Assembly: GCA_039621445.1 (NCBI GenBank)
Contig: CP154954.1
Span: 34,569,737 to 34,633,736, forward strand
DNA length: 64,000 bases
Reading direction: 5' to 3'
Source of the DNA: Euglena gracilis
Taxonomy: Eukaryota
The translations under genes were made by a program, and so were the position numbers. The notes under the pieces are model-generated. The model saw nothing but the letters and a program-made list of their open reading frames with translations, was not told the origin of the DNA and did not search any database. This document shows, in pieces, positions 1 through 14,119 of the stretch. The first letter of the stretch is position 1. Every line of letters starts with the position of its first letter.

Positions 1-117
1 CCTTGCCAGTTAAAAGCACATTTTTGGAGAATGAAATTGCAAAATCCATTACCGTCTCGGCCGCCTTTGGCGGCCGAAATAAAAATCCTTGAAAAAACCC
101 TACGGCACTTCTTGATG

Positions 118-1034
118 TTTAAACCGGCGTTTGAGACGCCGGGTCCAGGACAGAACCGGCGTCCCCCCCGCACGGGTTTTCCGGACGCCCGTTCTGTCCT
201 AAAACCCGGCGTCAGGAACGCCGGTTCTGTCCAAAACCCGGCGTCCGGTTTGGATTTTGGCCACAAACCGCCTTTTTTTCCCCTCCTTTGGTGCTAATTG
301 TTTCTTGGGACCCCACAAACCACTTTCACCTTGGCTGTTTGAATACAAACTGATATCCTCATATGTCCCCCTGCCTCCATTTTCTTGACCAGCCGAGTTT
401 GGGGGAAACTCTTCGGGTCAACGAAAAAAAAATGATTTTGCGCAAAGTGAAAAAAAATGGCTTCACACCCCCCCCCCCAGTTTGCGAAGTCGACACAGTT
501 GGTTTGAGTTGGGGGGTTTCCAAAGGGGTTCTACCCAGGGAGGCTAGGCACAATGGGGGGGGGGGGTGGGGGGGGGGGGGCGAGCGGCCGCGCGGGGGGG
601 GAGGGGGAGGGGGGTCCGAGGGCGGCCGCCGCGGCGCGCGGCCCATTTTCGGGTCCAAAAGTGGCCATTTTTGGCCATTTTTGGGCCATTTTTGCAAAAA
701 AAAATGCCTTTTTCTTGGGCACAGTGGGGGGCGGGGGGGGTTGAGGGTGGGGGGAGAGTTGCGTCACAGGGGCCGCGGGGGGGGGGGGAGGGGGGGGGTC
801 CCGGACCCCCCTGAGCGGCGCGCCTAGCCTCCCCTCTTTCGCTTTCTAGCGTTTTTGGAGCATTGGACTTCAAAAAAGGCGTTAGCGTCTCGGCCCCTTT
901 GGGTAAAAAAAAAATGGATTCTCTGTGTGCCATGAAAAAATTTTGTGTCGTTGGCCGGGAAAAAAAGATGCTCCCCCCCCGGGTTCGCCCCCCCCCCCCC
1001 CCCGAAAAAATTTCCTCCGCTTCGCGCCAAAAAA

Positions 1035-1076
<42 letters not shown>

Positions 1077-1164
1077 AGAAAACCATCCCCCCTCCTTTCC
1101 CCCCCCTCCCCTGGAAAATTTATAGAAATTTTGCTAAGTGTCATAGGATGGGGGGTGGACGTTG

Positions 1165-1200
<36 letters not shown>

Positions 1201-4200
1201 CTTGGGATAACCCTCACCCCCCCTCAGAGTAACGTTTTTTTTTTGCTTACCCCCCCCGCAAAGTGTGGAAGGAAAAATTTCCCCCAAAAGCCAAAATTTC
1301 ATATGGTTCCCGCTTTTAGGATCTTGCACTATGTCACACAATGTACGTTACTTGTCATTGGAAGGCGGGGGGGGGGTACGGGGGGAGGGGGGCGCAGCGG
1401 GGGGGGGGGGGGGGGGCGTGGCATAACCCTCCCCCCCCCCTCAGAGTGGCTAACGTTTTTTGTCAAATTTGCTTTACCCCCCCCTCAAAGTGGCCACTTT
1501 CGTTTGGCGCCAAAGCCCAAAAATTTACCCCCCAAAGTGTCCGCTTCCCCAGAGTGGCCGTTTTGGGGCCCCATGGTGCCTGGAGGGGGGGTGAGGGTAC
1601 ATGCGCACCTGGCCCTGGGTCGGTTACCCCCCCCCCCAGCGGGGATTTTGTTATTGGAGGGCGGGGGGGGGGGGGCGGCAGCCCCCCCCCCCCCGCTAGA
1701 CGACCAAGGGCGCCGAAGGCGCCTTGGGACGGTTTTGTTTACGGTGCGCGTGGCATTACATTGGGGGCCCTGGTATCATGCATCGTTTTTTGCCGTACCG
1801 CTAGACGACCAAGGGCGCCGAAGGCGCCTTGGGACGGTTTTGTTTACGGTGCCCGTGGCATTACATGCGCGCCTGGCCCTGCCGTACAACGGGGGGGGGG
1901 TTTTGTATAACATCCCAATGGGGGGAGGGCTTAAAAAATCTTTGGAGGGGGGGGGTGGTCGAAATTTTGGTGGTCGCTGGCGACCGGTCACTCCGACCAC
2001 CAATGGTCGGTCGACCGTGACCAACGGTCGCTAGCGACCACCAAAAGTTCCACGGCCAATTTCCCGCAATGAGGTCGCTAGCGACCACCAAAAGTTCCAC
2101 GGCCAATTTCCCGCAATGAGCCCTGTATACGGGTTATGTCCACAATTTTTATAGAAAGTCCCTCATTAAACCCCCCCACTTCTCGTTAAACCGGCGTTTG
2201 AGACGCCGGGTTCAGGACAGAACCGGCGTCCCCCCCCACGGGTTTTACGGACGCCGGTTCTGTCCTAAAACCCGGCGTTAGGAACGCCGGTTCTGTCCAA
2301 AACCCGGCTTCCGGTTTGGGACTGTATTTTGTGTAAAAAAGTGTGCCAATGTGACCCCAGAAACAAAAATCTCCTTGGATGAAAGGGGATAAAAGGCACA
2401 ATTGCTGAGTGCAAAATATCATGACAGACGGCAAGCGTTTTGCAGTTTCTGAGGTGGGGGGGGGAGGATTGCTAGGCATACAGGTTGCTACAGCTGCACT
2501 GATTACAGGGCAAAACATATTGCCGGCAAGGAGACACATTACAGAAATTTTGGCTGGACCCCATTGGATTTTTTCAGAAGTACGGTTGGGAATTTTGGGT
2601 GGACCCCCCCTGGGTTTTTTCAGACATACGGCAGGGTAATTTTGGCTGGACCCGCCCTGGGTTATTTCAAAAATTCCGATTGGGGGGTTCTGGAGCCATT
2701 TGGGTGGGTTTTGACTGGTGTTGGGGTGATTTGGACAGAAGTTTTTTTCAGGGGCTTAAAAATCGGCGATACTGACCCGTTAGTACATTAGAGTGGGTAG
2801 TCTCCCCCATCAAAGTGGCCGCCCTCCGGGCGCCGTGGGACCCCAAAGCGGCGGGAGGGATTCTTTGGGGGGGGGGTCAATTTGGCGACCTTTGCCGCCA
2901 AAAGAAAGCAGCCACTTTGAGGGTATACCAAAATTTGCCTAAAAAAATGGCAAATTTTGGCAAATTTCCAAAAATGACAATTGGACACTGATCGACGGTG
3001 AGACTCTCCTGGGCCTTCTTTCTCGAGGGGTGGTTTGGGACGCGGGGGGAGACTGTGGCCCAACTGCCCCCACACGTTTTCTTTGACGCCACTCAAAATT
3101 GTGTATTTTTCCTTTGGTTGACAAAAAAATGTGCCCGGCAAAAAGCTGGGGCGGGGGGGGGGGGAGGCGGGGGGACAGGGGGCAAACACCCCCTCTACTA
3201 CAAAAAAGGGGTGGCGGACGCCGGTTCTGTCCTGAACCCGGCGTCCGGGGACGCCGGGTTCAGGACAGAACCGGCGTCCGCCACCCCTTGTTTAAAGCGG
3301 CGTTTTAGAGACGCCGGGTTCAGGACAGAACCGGCGTTCACCCCCTTCGGGCCAGGGAGCACTTAGAAGTACGTTCACTAGCGTTCCCCTTTAGTCCCAT
3401 GGGGGAACAGCCAAAACGTCCCAAAGCAAATTCTGAAAGAAAAACCAGAGGATTCAAACATAAAATCTCTGAAACTCTAAAAAAGCCATGGGGGTTCCAG
3501 CCGTATTCCCCAACCGTATTTCTGACAGAAAAAAACCCAGCAGGTCCAGCCAAAATTTCCCAACCGTGATAATAAACCCAGCGCGGTCCAACCACAGTTT
3601 CCCCTCCGTATGTCTGAAACCCAGGGGCTCCAGCCAACATTTACCAGCCGCAATTCTGAAACCGTGTATTGGGGCTGTGGCTTCACGCCCGAACCGGCGT
3701 TCTGGACGCCGGTTCGGCGCATAAATTTTTGCGCCGAACCGGCGTCCAGAACGCCGGTTCGGGCGGGAAGACGGCGTCCCAGGGACCCAAAATAAAAAGC
3801 GCCAAAAAGTGTCCAAAATGGTTTTTCGACATGTGGCAATCATATCAATCATATCTGAGCAGTTTTCGGGGGGTATTTGGCCAGAAATTGGGGTATTTTG
3901 TGCAACAATTTCCATTTGGTCAAATTTGGGGAATTTCTGAAATAGAATATCATGCAGCACGGCTGAAATCTAAGGCCATCTGCTGAAATCCCTCGAGAAG
4001 GGCTATCGATGGGCAACATGGGGGGATTGGTACGACGTGGCGAGGGGGTCCGAATAGGGGGGGGGGGGGAGGGGGGGGAAATGGGGGGAAAATGGCGTGG
4101 CGAGGGGGTCTCGGATGGGGGGGGAGGGAGGGGTGTGCCATGGTTGCAGAATGAAAAATGTGTTGGGTGGCGTGGCGAGGGGGTCCGGCTAGGAAGAGGG

Positions 4201-7200
4201 AGGGGCGGTAAATAGCGTGGCGAGCCCCTCGGAGGGGGAGGGGGTGGGTGTACCAACCCCCCATAGCAGGTGCACAGTGGATTTTGGAATTTGCGAAAAG
4301 GGTCGGAACATGCAATCGGCAATTTTCAGAGTGCTATGCAGTGTGGCTGAGTTCTAAGGGCACCAAATGAAAGCTCATGGGGAGAGCTTTCGATTGATAT
4401 GCCGTATGGCACCTGAGGTGTGAGATTTGACAGATCAGGATGTCAAATTTTGGAATACATGATTGCTGAAAAGAAGCGCTGTGTGATATTGCTGAATCCT
4501 GTGGCCATCTGTCAAAAGCCCTTGAGAAGAGCTTTCGATTGATGGGTAACATGGCATCACGTTTGTGAAAACTTCAATCGGCCGATCGACATCGCCATTC
4601 GCCCAAAGGAGGTCAAAAATGCTCAAAAAGGTTCAAAAAATGGGTATTTAGGGCGAAATTGGCCTGGATTCCTTGAACGCCGGTTCGGGCGTGAAGCCAG
4701 AGCCCCTAATCCACAGTTTCAACAACTGTGTCCAGAACGCCGGTTCGGGCGTGAAGCCGTGTTCCAGAACGCCGGTTTGGGCTGCCGCCCGAACCGGCGT
4801 TCTGGAACACGGCTTCACGCCCGAACCGGCGTTCTGGACACAGTTTTCGTATCAGAAAAACGCACGGGGGGTTCCAGCCAGCATTTAACAACCGTATTTC
4901 TAAAAAACCCAGGGGGGTCGGCTCATTGCGGGAAATTGGTGATGGACTTTTTTGTGGTCGCTAGCGACTAGTCGCTAGCGACCAAGTCTACAAGTCTACT
5001 GACCATTGGTGGTCGGGCCGACCACCAATTTTAAGTCCACCCCCCCCCCTCCAAAAATTTTTTCAAGCCCCCCCCGAAAAAATTTTCATTCAAATATGAA
5101 AGAAAATGACTCAAAACGCGAACTTAGTCGGCCTACGGCCTCCGGGGGGAGCTGCCCCCCCCCCCCCGGCCCCCCCCCCCCCCCCCCCGCCCGCCCAAAA
5201 TAACAAAATCCCCTTGTGTGTGCAAGGCAAAGATGGCCGAATCGCGCTTCGTAATGAATGTAGTCTTGCGTGTGCAAGACAAGGATGGCCGAGTCGCGCT
5301 CCCAGGCTATTGTAAATGCTATGGTTTCATAGAACAGGCCCAAAGAGAAGATATTACACGAAATTTTTTGTAAATTGACCCCCGAATGGGGGTTTTGGAA
5401 GGCATTTGGGTGGGTTTTGAGTCATTTTCTTTTATATTTGAATGAAAAATTTTTGGAGGGGGGGGCTTAAAATTTTTTCTAGAGGGGGGGGTGGACTTAA
5501 AATTGGTAGTCGGAGCGACTAGTCGCTCCGCCCCCCAATGGTCCTAGGCGACTAGTCGGTAGCGACCCTAGCGACTAGTCGCTAGCGACCACCAAAAAGT
5601 CCATCACCAATTTCTCGCTCGGGGCCAAGCTGGGTCCAGCCAACATTTCCCAACCGTAATTCTAAGAAAAAACCCAGGGGTGGGCAGTCAACATTAAACC
5701 GGGTGAATATGCAAAAACTTGGGGGGAAAATGCCCATTTTGGGCCGAGTTGGCAAAAGAACACCTCTCCCCAATGGATTTTCAATATAATGGCACAAAAA
5801 GGACTTAGCCCTCCAAGTATATTGCCAACATAGAAGGGATTTTGTTATTTGAGGGGGGGGGTGCGGGGGGCAGAGCCCCCCCGCCCATGTCAAAATTTCG
5901 CACGAAAAGGACTTAGCCCTCCAAGTATGTTGCTATTTGAGGCTCGGGTGGGGGTTGAGGGGGGACTTTTCTGCCCTTCGTAATGCAGAATGCTTGCATT
6001 TCTAAAGGATTTTCATGTAATCCCTGTTTCACCATTAAACCGGCGTTTGAGACGCCGGGTTCAGGACAGAACCGGCGTCCCCCCCCACGGGTTTTCCGGA
6101 CGCCGGTTCTGTCCTAAAACCCGGCGTTAGGAACGCCGGTTCTGTCCAAAACCCGGCGTCCGGTTTGGGACTGTATTTTGTGTAAAAAAGTGTGCCAATG
6201 TGACCCCAGAAACAAAAATCTCCTTGGATGAAAGGGGATAAAAGGCACAATTGCTGAGTGCAAAATATCATGGATGACAGACGGCAAGCGTTTTGCAGTT
6301 TCTGAGGTGGGGGGGGGGAGGATTGCTAGGCATACAGGTTGCTACAGCTGCACTGATTACAGGGCAAAACATATTGCCAGCAAGGAGACACATTACAGAA
6401 ATTTTGGCTGGACCCCACTGGATTTTTTCAGAAGTACGGTTGGGAATTTTGGGTGGACCCCCCCTGGGTTTTTTCAGACATACGGCAGGGTAATTTTGGC
6501 TGGACCCGCCCTGGGTTATTTCAAAAATTCGGTTTAATGTTGACTGCCCACCCCTGGGTTTTTTCTTAGAATTACGGTTGGGAAATGTTGGCTGGACCCC
6601 CTGGGTTTTTTAGAAATACGGTTGTTAAATGCTGGCTGGAACCCCCCGTGCGTTTATCACGGTTGGGAAATTTTGGCTGGACCTGCTGGGTTTTTTTCTG
6701 TCAGAAATACGGTTGGGGAATACGGCTGGAACCCCCATGGCTTTTTTAGAGTTTCAGAGATTTTATGTTTGAATCCTCTGGTTTTTTTTTCAGAATTTGC
6801 TTTGGGACGTTTTGGCTGTTCCCCCATGGGACTAAAGGGGAACGCTAGTGAACGTACTTCTAAGTGCTCCCTGGCCCGAAGGGGGTGAACGCCGGTTCTG
6901 TCCTGAACCCGGCGTCTCTAAAACGCCGCTTTAAGCCGGCGTTTGAGACGCCGGGCTCAGGACAGAACCGGCGTCCCCCCCCCACGGGCTTTCCGGACGC
7001 CGGTTCTGTCCTAAAGCCCGGCGTTAGGAACGCCGGTTTTGTCCAAAGCCCGGCGTCCGATTTTCATTCCTAAAAATGTCACCAAAAGTGCCCAAAAGTG
7101 GCCCTAAGGTGCTGGTATGAGTGTTTCAACCATCAAGGACAATGAATTTTGCCATCTGGGGACCAGTGGGTGGATATCCAAATCTCGTGAAAAATCGGCC

Positions 7201-7950
7201 CAGATTTGGAAATAGAGTACCGTGCAGCGTGGAAAGATCTGATGAGCACCGCTGGTCGTCTGTTGAAAAGAGCTTTCGATCGAGGGGTAACTTGGTACCC
7301 TAACGTTGCACGCAGCCCGAGATACGCTCGCGATGGTCGGATCGGCCAGAATCTGAGTCGAAACTTGCAGAAATCTTCAGTGACTTTTGGTTTAAGATGC
7401 TGAATAAACCCTACAGAAACGTTTTTCCTCTTCGAATCAACGACCTGACGGGTCCTAGGGGGCACCAGAGTTGTGAAATTAGGATTCCCCACTGACAGAA
7501 AATAAGAGCTCCAGGCGACGTGGCTGAATTTGGTGGTGATCGCCAGTCGTCTGATGAAAAGAGCTTTCGATCGAGGGGTGATTTTATACCTGGACGATTG
7601 ACACAGCCAGAAATACCCTCGCGATCGCCGGAATTTGGTGAAGTGCAAAGTGGTGTGACATTGCAGATCAGTGGTCGGAGATTGGTCCTGGGAGTGTCCT
7701 TTGGCCGAAGGGGGGACGCCGGTTCTGTCCTGAGCCCCGCGTCTCTAAAACGCCGGCTTAAACAAGAGGTGGCGGACGCCGGTTCTGTCCAAAGCCCGGC
7801 GTTCCGGACGCCGGGCTTTGGACAGAACCGGCGTCCGCCACCTCTTTTTTGTAGTAAAACAAGGGGTGGCGGACGCCGGTTCTGTCCTGAACCCGGCGTC
7901 CCCGGACGCCGGGTTCAGGACAGAACCGGCGTCCGCCACCCCTTTTTTGT
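118..7950. repeat. Mosaic of nested non-autonomous transposon modules with hairpin subrepeats (gacgccggttctgtcc/ggacagaaccggcgtc; ccgaaccggcgt)
   Basis: 2186-2680 is directly repeated at 6035-6530; 3290-3575 is inverted at 6655-6932; 3950-4700 is homologous to 24180-24720. Confidence 0.8.
4921..5626. mobile_element. MITE with gtcgctagcgac subterminal repeats; related partial copy at ~1925-2125
   Basis: gaaattggtgatggactttt..tggtcgctagcgactagtcgctag inverted at ~5568-5615; interrupts a repeat that is intact at 6530-6655. Confidence 0.75.
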
Positions 7951-8619
7951 ACTAGATTTTTTCCCCTCCGGACCCCCATCAAGGGCCCACCGACCCCCAC
8001 CGACCAAAGACTTCCATCTGAGGGTGTTTATGTTGGTGTAAGGCATTTATTTGGACCCATCCGGACCATTTCCGGGTGATTTGGGCCCGCCACAGACCAT
8101 TTTTATGACCACCGACTAGCCACCATCGATTTTCTTCATGGGGGGGGCTTACAAGTCGGCGATAGTGTCCCGTTAGTAACGTACTAGTACTAACGTACTA
8201 GTACGTCAGTACTAGTTGGCCGACTACCCCCCCCCCCGATACTGTCCCGTTAGTAACGTACTAGTATTAACGTACTAGTACGTTAGGGCTCCCGGATCTG
8301 GCCTGGGGGGGGGGGTTGTGGGCCGACCCTAGGGTCGGCCCACGGTCGCCAAAGGTCGCCAAAGGTCGCTATGGTCGACCCCCCCCCCGAGGCTGTGGAG
8401 TGGGTGGCGACCCTAGAAACCCTTTGTGGGCCGACCCTAGGGTCGACTTAGGGTCGGCCCACCCCACGACCTCCCCCCCCCCTACAACCCTAGGGTCGAC
8501 TTAGGGTCGGCCCACCCCACGACCTCCCCCCCCCCTGCCACCTCAGGGTCGACTTAGGGTCGGCCCACCCCACGACCTCCCCCCCCCCTCCAAAGAAAAA
8601 AAATGAAATTTTCGGACCG

Positions 8620-11600
8620 TTTTTAGGGGACAAATCCTTTCTGTAACCCAGCTGATTTGGGGGGCAAATCCCTTTTGTTGCCCAACTGTTGGAGGGCCCC
8701 AAAATAACAAAATTCCTTGTGTTGCCCACCCGTTTTGGGGGACAAATCCCTTTTGTTGGCCAACTGTTCGAGGGCCCCAGAATAACAAAAATCCCTTGTG
8801 TTACCACCCGTTTTGGGAGGCAAATCCCTTGTGTTACCCACCCGTTTGGGGGGGCAAATCCTTTTTGTTGCCCAACTGTTCGAGGGCCGCAAAATAACAA
8901 AATCCCTTGTGTTACCCACCCGTTTTGGGGGGCAAATCCCTTTTGTTTCCCAACTGATCTGGGGGGCAAATCCCTTTTGTTGCCCAACTGTTCGAGGGCC
9001 CCAAAATAAAAAAAATCCCTTGTGTTACCCAGCCGTTTTGGGGAGGCAAATCCCTTTTGTTGCCCAACTGTCCCAGGGCCCCAAAATAAAAAAATCCCTT
9101 GTGTTACCCAGCCGTTTTGGGGGGCAAATCCCTTTTGTTGCCCAACTGTTCGAGGGCCCCAAAATAACAAAATCCCTTGTGTTACCCACCCGTTTTGGGG
9201 GGCAAATCCCTTTTGTTTCCCAACTGATCTGGGGGGCAAATCCCTTTTGTTGCCTAACTGTTCGAGGGCCCCAAAATAACAAAATCCCTTGTGTTACCCA
9301 CCCGTTTTGGGAGGCAAATCCCTTGTGTAACCCAGCCGTTTTGGGGGGCAAATTCCTTTTGTTGCCCAACTGTTCGAGGGCCCCAAAATAAAAAAAATCC
9401 CTTGTGTTGCCCACCCGTTTTGGGAGGCAAATCCCTTTTGTTTCCCAACTGATCTGGGGGGCAAATCCCTTTTGTTGCCCAACTGTTCGAGGGCCCCAAA
9501 ATAACAAAATCCCTTGTGTTACCCACCCGTTTTGGGAGGCAAATCCCTTGTGTAACCCAGCCGTTTTGGGGGGCAAATCCCTTTTCTTGCCCAACTGTTC
9601 GAGGGCCCCAAAATAAAAAAAATCCCTTGTGTTACCCAGCCGTTTTGGGGGGCAAATCCTTTGTGTAACCCAGCCGTTTTGGGGGGCAAATCCCTTTTGT
9701 TGCCCAACTGTTCGAGGGCCCCAAAATAACAAAATCCCTTGTGTTGCCCACCCGTTTTGGGGGACAAATCCCTTTTGTTTCCCAACTGATCTGGGGGGCA
9801 AATCCTTTTTGTTGCCCAACTGTTCGAGGGCCCCAAAATAACAAAATCCCTTGTGTTACCCACCCGTTTTGGGAGGCAAATCCCTTGTGTAACCCAGCCG
9901 TTTTGGGAAGCAAATCCCTTTTCTTGCCCAACTGTTCGAGGGCCCCAAAATAAAAAAAATCCCTTGTGTTGCCCACCCGTTTTGGGGGGCAAATCCCTTT
10001 TGTTTCCCAACTGATCTGGGGGGCAAATCCCTTTTGTTGCCCAACTGTTCGAGGGCCCCAAAATAACAAAATCCCTTGTGTTACCCAGCCGTTTTGGGGG
10101 GCAAATCCCTTTTGTTGCCCAACTGTTCGAGGGCCCCAAAATAACAAAATCCCTTGTGTTACCCACCCGTTTTGGGAGGCAAATCCCTTGTGTAACCCAG
10201 CCGTTTTGGGGGGCAAATTCGTTTTGTTGCCCAACTGTTCGAGGGCCCCAAAATAAAAAAAATCCCTTGTGTTGCCCACCCGTTTTGGGAGGCAAATCCC
10301 TTTTGTTTCCCAACTGATCTGGGGGGCAAATCCCTTTTGTTGCCCAACTGTTCGAGGGCCCCAAAATAACAAAATCCCTTGTGTTACCCACCCGTTTTGG
10401 GAGGCAAATCCCTTGTGTAACCCAGCCGTTTTGGGGGGCAAATCCCTTTTGTTGCCCAACTGTTCGAGGGCCCCAAAATAACAAAATCCCTTGTGTTGCC
10501 CACCCGTTTTGGGGGGCAAATCCCTTTTCTGGCCCAACTGTTCGAGGGCCCCAAAATAAAAAAATCCCTTGTGTAACCCAGCCGTTTTGGGGGGCAAATC
10601 TTTTTTGTTGCCCAACTGTTCGAGGGCCCCAAAATAAAAAAATCCCTTGTGTAACCCAGCCGTTTTGGGGGGCAAATCCCTTTTGTTGCCCAACTGTTCG
10701 AGGGCCCCAAAATAAAAAAATCCCTTGTGTTGCCCACCCGTTTTGGGAGGCAAATCCCTTTTGTTTCCCAACTGATCTGGGGGGCAAATCCCTTTTGTTG
10801 CCCAACTGTTCGAGGGCCCCAAAATAACAAAATCCCTTGTGTTACCCACCCGTTTTGGGAGGCAAATCCCTTGTGTAACCCAGCCGTTTTGGGGGGCAAA
10901 TCCCTTTTGTTGCCCAACTGTTCGAGGGCCCCAAAATAAAAAAATCCCTTGTGTTACCCACCCGTTTTGGGGGGCAAATCCTTTGTGTAACCCAGCCGTT
11001 TTGGGGGGCAAATCCCTTTTCTTGCCCAACTGTTCGAGGGCCCCAAAATAAAAAAAATCCCTTGTGTTACCCAGCCGTTTTGGGAGGCAAATCCCTTGTG
11101 TAACCCAGCCGTTTTGGGGGGCAAATCCCTTTTGTTGCCCAACTGTTCGAGGGCCCCAAAATAAAAAAAATCCCTTGTGTTGCCCACCCGTTTTGGGAGG
11201 CAAATCCCTTTTGTTTCCCAACTGATCTGGGGGGCAAATCCCTTTTGTTGCCCAACTGTTCGAGGGCCCCAAAATAACAAAATCCCTTGTGTTACCCACC
11301 CGTTTTGGGAGGCAAATCCCTTGTGTAACCCAGCCGTTTTGGGGGGCAAATCCCTTTTCTTGCCCAACTGTTCGAGGGCCCCAAAATAAAAAAATCCCTT
11401 GTGTTACCCAGCCGTTTTGGGGGGCAAATCCTTTGTGTAACCCAGCCGTTTTGGGGGGCAAATCCCTTTTGTTGCCCAACTGTTCGAGGGCCCCAAAATA
11501 ACAAAATCCCTTGTGTTGCCCACCCGTTTTGGGAGGCAAATCCCTTTTGTTTCCCAACTGATCTGGGGGGCAAATCCCTTTTGTTGCCCAACTGTTCGAG

Positions 11601-13440
11601 GGCCCCAAAATAACAAAATCCCTTGTGTTACCCAGCCGTTTTGGGGGGCAAATCCCTTTTGTTGCCCAACTGTTCGAGGGCCCCAAAATAACAAAATCCC
11701 TTGTGTTACCCACCCGTTTTGGGAGGCAAATCCCTTGTGTAACCCAGCCGTTTTGGGGGGCAAATTCGTTTTGTTGCCCAACTGTTCGAGGGCCCCAAAA
11801 TAAAAAAAATCCCTTGTGTTTCCCACCCGTTTTGGGAGGCAAATCCCTTTTGTTTCCCAACTGATCTGGGGGGCAAATCCCTTTTGTTGCCCAACTGTTC
11901 GAGGGCCCCAAAATAACAAAATCCCTTGTGTTACCCACCCGTTTTGGGAGGCAAATCCCTTGTGTAACCCAGCCGTTTTGGGGGGCAAATCCCTTTTGTT
12001 GCCCAACTGTTCGAGGGCCCCAAAATAACAAAATCCCTTTTTTATTTGTTGTTTTTTTTTTTGTGTTTTTTTTTTTTTTTTTTTTTTGTGTTTTTTTTTC
12101 GAGGGCCCCAAAATAAAAAAATCCCTTGTGTAACCCAGCCGTTTTGGGGGGCAAATCTTTTTTGTTGCCCAACTGTTCGAGGGCCCCAAAATAAAAAAAT
12201 CCCTTGTGTAACCCAGCCGTTTTGGGGGGCAAATCCCTTTTGTTGCCCAACTGTTCGAGGGCCCCAAAATAAAAAAATCCCTTGTGTTGCCCACCCGTTT
12301 TGGGAGGCAAATCCCTTTTGTTTCCCAACTGATCTGGGGGGCAAATCCCTTTTGTTGCCCAACTGTTCGAGGGCCCCAAAATAACAAAATCCCTTGTGTT
12401 ACCCACCCGTTTTGGGAGGCAAATCCCTTGTGTAACCCAGCCGTTTTGGGGGGCAAATCCCTTTTGTTGCCCAACTGTTCGAGGGCCCCAAAATAACAAA
12501 ATCCCTTGTGTTGCCCACCCGTTTTGGGGGGCAAATCCCTTTTCTGGCCCAACTGTTCGAGGGCCCCAAAATAAAAAAATCCCTTGTGTAACCCAGCCGT
12601 TTTGGGGGGCAAATCTTTTTTGTTGCCCAACTGTTCGAGGGCCCCAAAATAAAAAAATCCCTTGTGTAACCCAGCCGTTTTGGGGGGCAAATCCCTTTTG
12701 TTGCCCAACTGTTCGAGGGCCCCAAAATAAAAAAAATCCCTTGTGTTGCCCACCCGTTTTGGGAGGCAAATCCCTTTTTTTTCCCAACTGATCTGGGGGG
12801 CAAATCCCTTTTGTTGCCCAACTGTTCGAGGGCCCCAAAATAACAAAATCCCTTGTGTTACCCACCCGTTTTGGGAGGCAAATCCCTTTTTGTACCCAAG
12901 CGTTTTGGGGGGCAAATCCCTTTTGTTGCCCAACTGTTCGAGGGCCCCAAAATAAAAAAAATCCCTTGTGTTACCCACCCGTTTTGGGGGGCAAATCCTT
13001 TGTGTAACCCAGCCGTTTTGGGGGGCAAATCCCTTTTCTTGCCCAACTGTTCGAGGGCCCCAAAATAAAAAAATCCCTTGTGTTACCCAGCCGTTTTGGG
13101 AGGCAAATCCTTTGTGTAACCCAGCCGTTTTGGGGGGCAAATCCCTTTTGTTGCCCAACTGTTCGAGGGCCCCAAAATAACAAAATCCCTTGTGTTGCCC
13201 ACCCGTTTTGGGGGGCAAATCCCTTTTTTCTGGCCCAACTGTTCGACGGCCCCAAAATAAGAAAATCCCTTGTGTAACCCAGCCGTTTTGGGGGGCAAAT
13301 CTTTTTTGTTGCCCAACTGTTCGAGGGCCCCAAAATAACAAAATCCCTTGTGTTTCCCAGCCGTTTTGGGAGGCAAATCCCTTTTGTTGCTCAACTGTCC
13401 CAGGGCCCCAAAATAACAAAATCCCTTGTGTTACCCACAG
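8620..13440 (+). repeat. Satellite array, left arm: ~44-bp and ~34-bp modules forming 78- and 112-bp units
   Basis: aaatcccttttgttgcccaactgttcgagggccccaaaataaca and aaatcccttgtgttacccacccgttttgggaggc recur throughout; 112-nt periodicity visible in the ORF track. Confidence 0.97.
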
Positions 13441-13451
13441 TGTGTCACCCC

Positions 13452-13692
13452 AAGTCGACCTAACCCTATCCCTTTCATTAACAAATAAACCCCCTTTATC
13501 CGCCAACCCCTTCTCGGGTGCAAGTCGACCTAACCCTATCCCTTTCATTAACAAAATAAACCCCCTTTATCCGCCAACCCCTTTTCGGGTGCAAGTCGAC
13601 CTAACCCTATCCCTTTCATTAACAAAATAAACCCCTTTTATCTGCCAACCCCTTTTATCTGCCAACCCCTTCTCGGGTGCAAGTCGACCTAA
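13452..13692 (+). repeat. Central spacer with ~3 copies of a ~70-bp unit
   Basis: caagtcgacctaaccctatccctttcattaacaaaataaacccc repeated at ~13451, ~13520, ~13592. Confidence 0.9.
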
Positions 13693-14119
13693 ATCCCTTG
13701 TGTTGCCCACCCGTTTTGGGGGGCAAATCCCTTTTGTTGCCCAACTGTTCGAGGGCCCCAAAATAACAAAATCCCTTGTGTTACCCACCCGTTTTGGGGG
13801 GCAAATCCCTTCTGTTGCCCAACTGATCTGGGGGGCAAATCCCTTTTGTTGCCCAACTGTTCCAGGGCCCCAAAATAACAAAATCCCTTGTGTTACCCAC
13901 CCGTTTTGGGGGGCAAATCCCTTGTGTAACCCACCTGATTTAACCCACCTGATGTATGTAACGCAACTGATTTGGGGGGCAAATCCCTTTTGCCCAGCTT
14001 AGGGTTGGGTTGCAGGGGGGGGGGAGGTCGTGGGGTGGGCCGACCCTAAGTCGACCCTGGGGTTGTAGGGGGGGGGGGGAGGTCGTGGGGTGGGCCGACC
14101 CTAAGTCGACCCTAGGGTT

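Noticed and set aside
359-2034. Gly/Pro-rich ORFs and G-quadruplex-like runs
   Set aside because: Driven by poly-G/poly-C tracts of unreliable length within repeats; no domain signal.
12035-12100. T-rich break within the satellite
   Set aside because: Same length and position as a normal unit with bases replaced by T; looks like a base-calling or polishing artefact.
8447-14010. ttaggg/cctaaccct telomere-like words
   Set aside because: Isolated single words inside element subrepeats; no tandem array.
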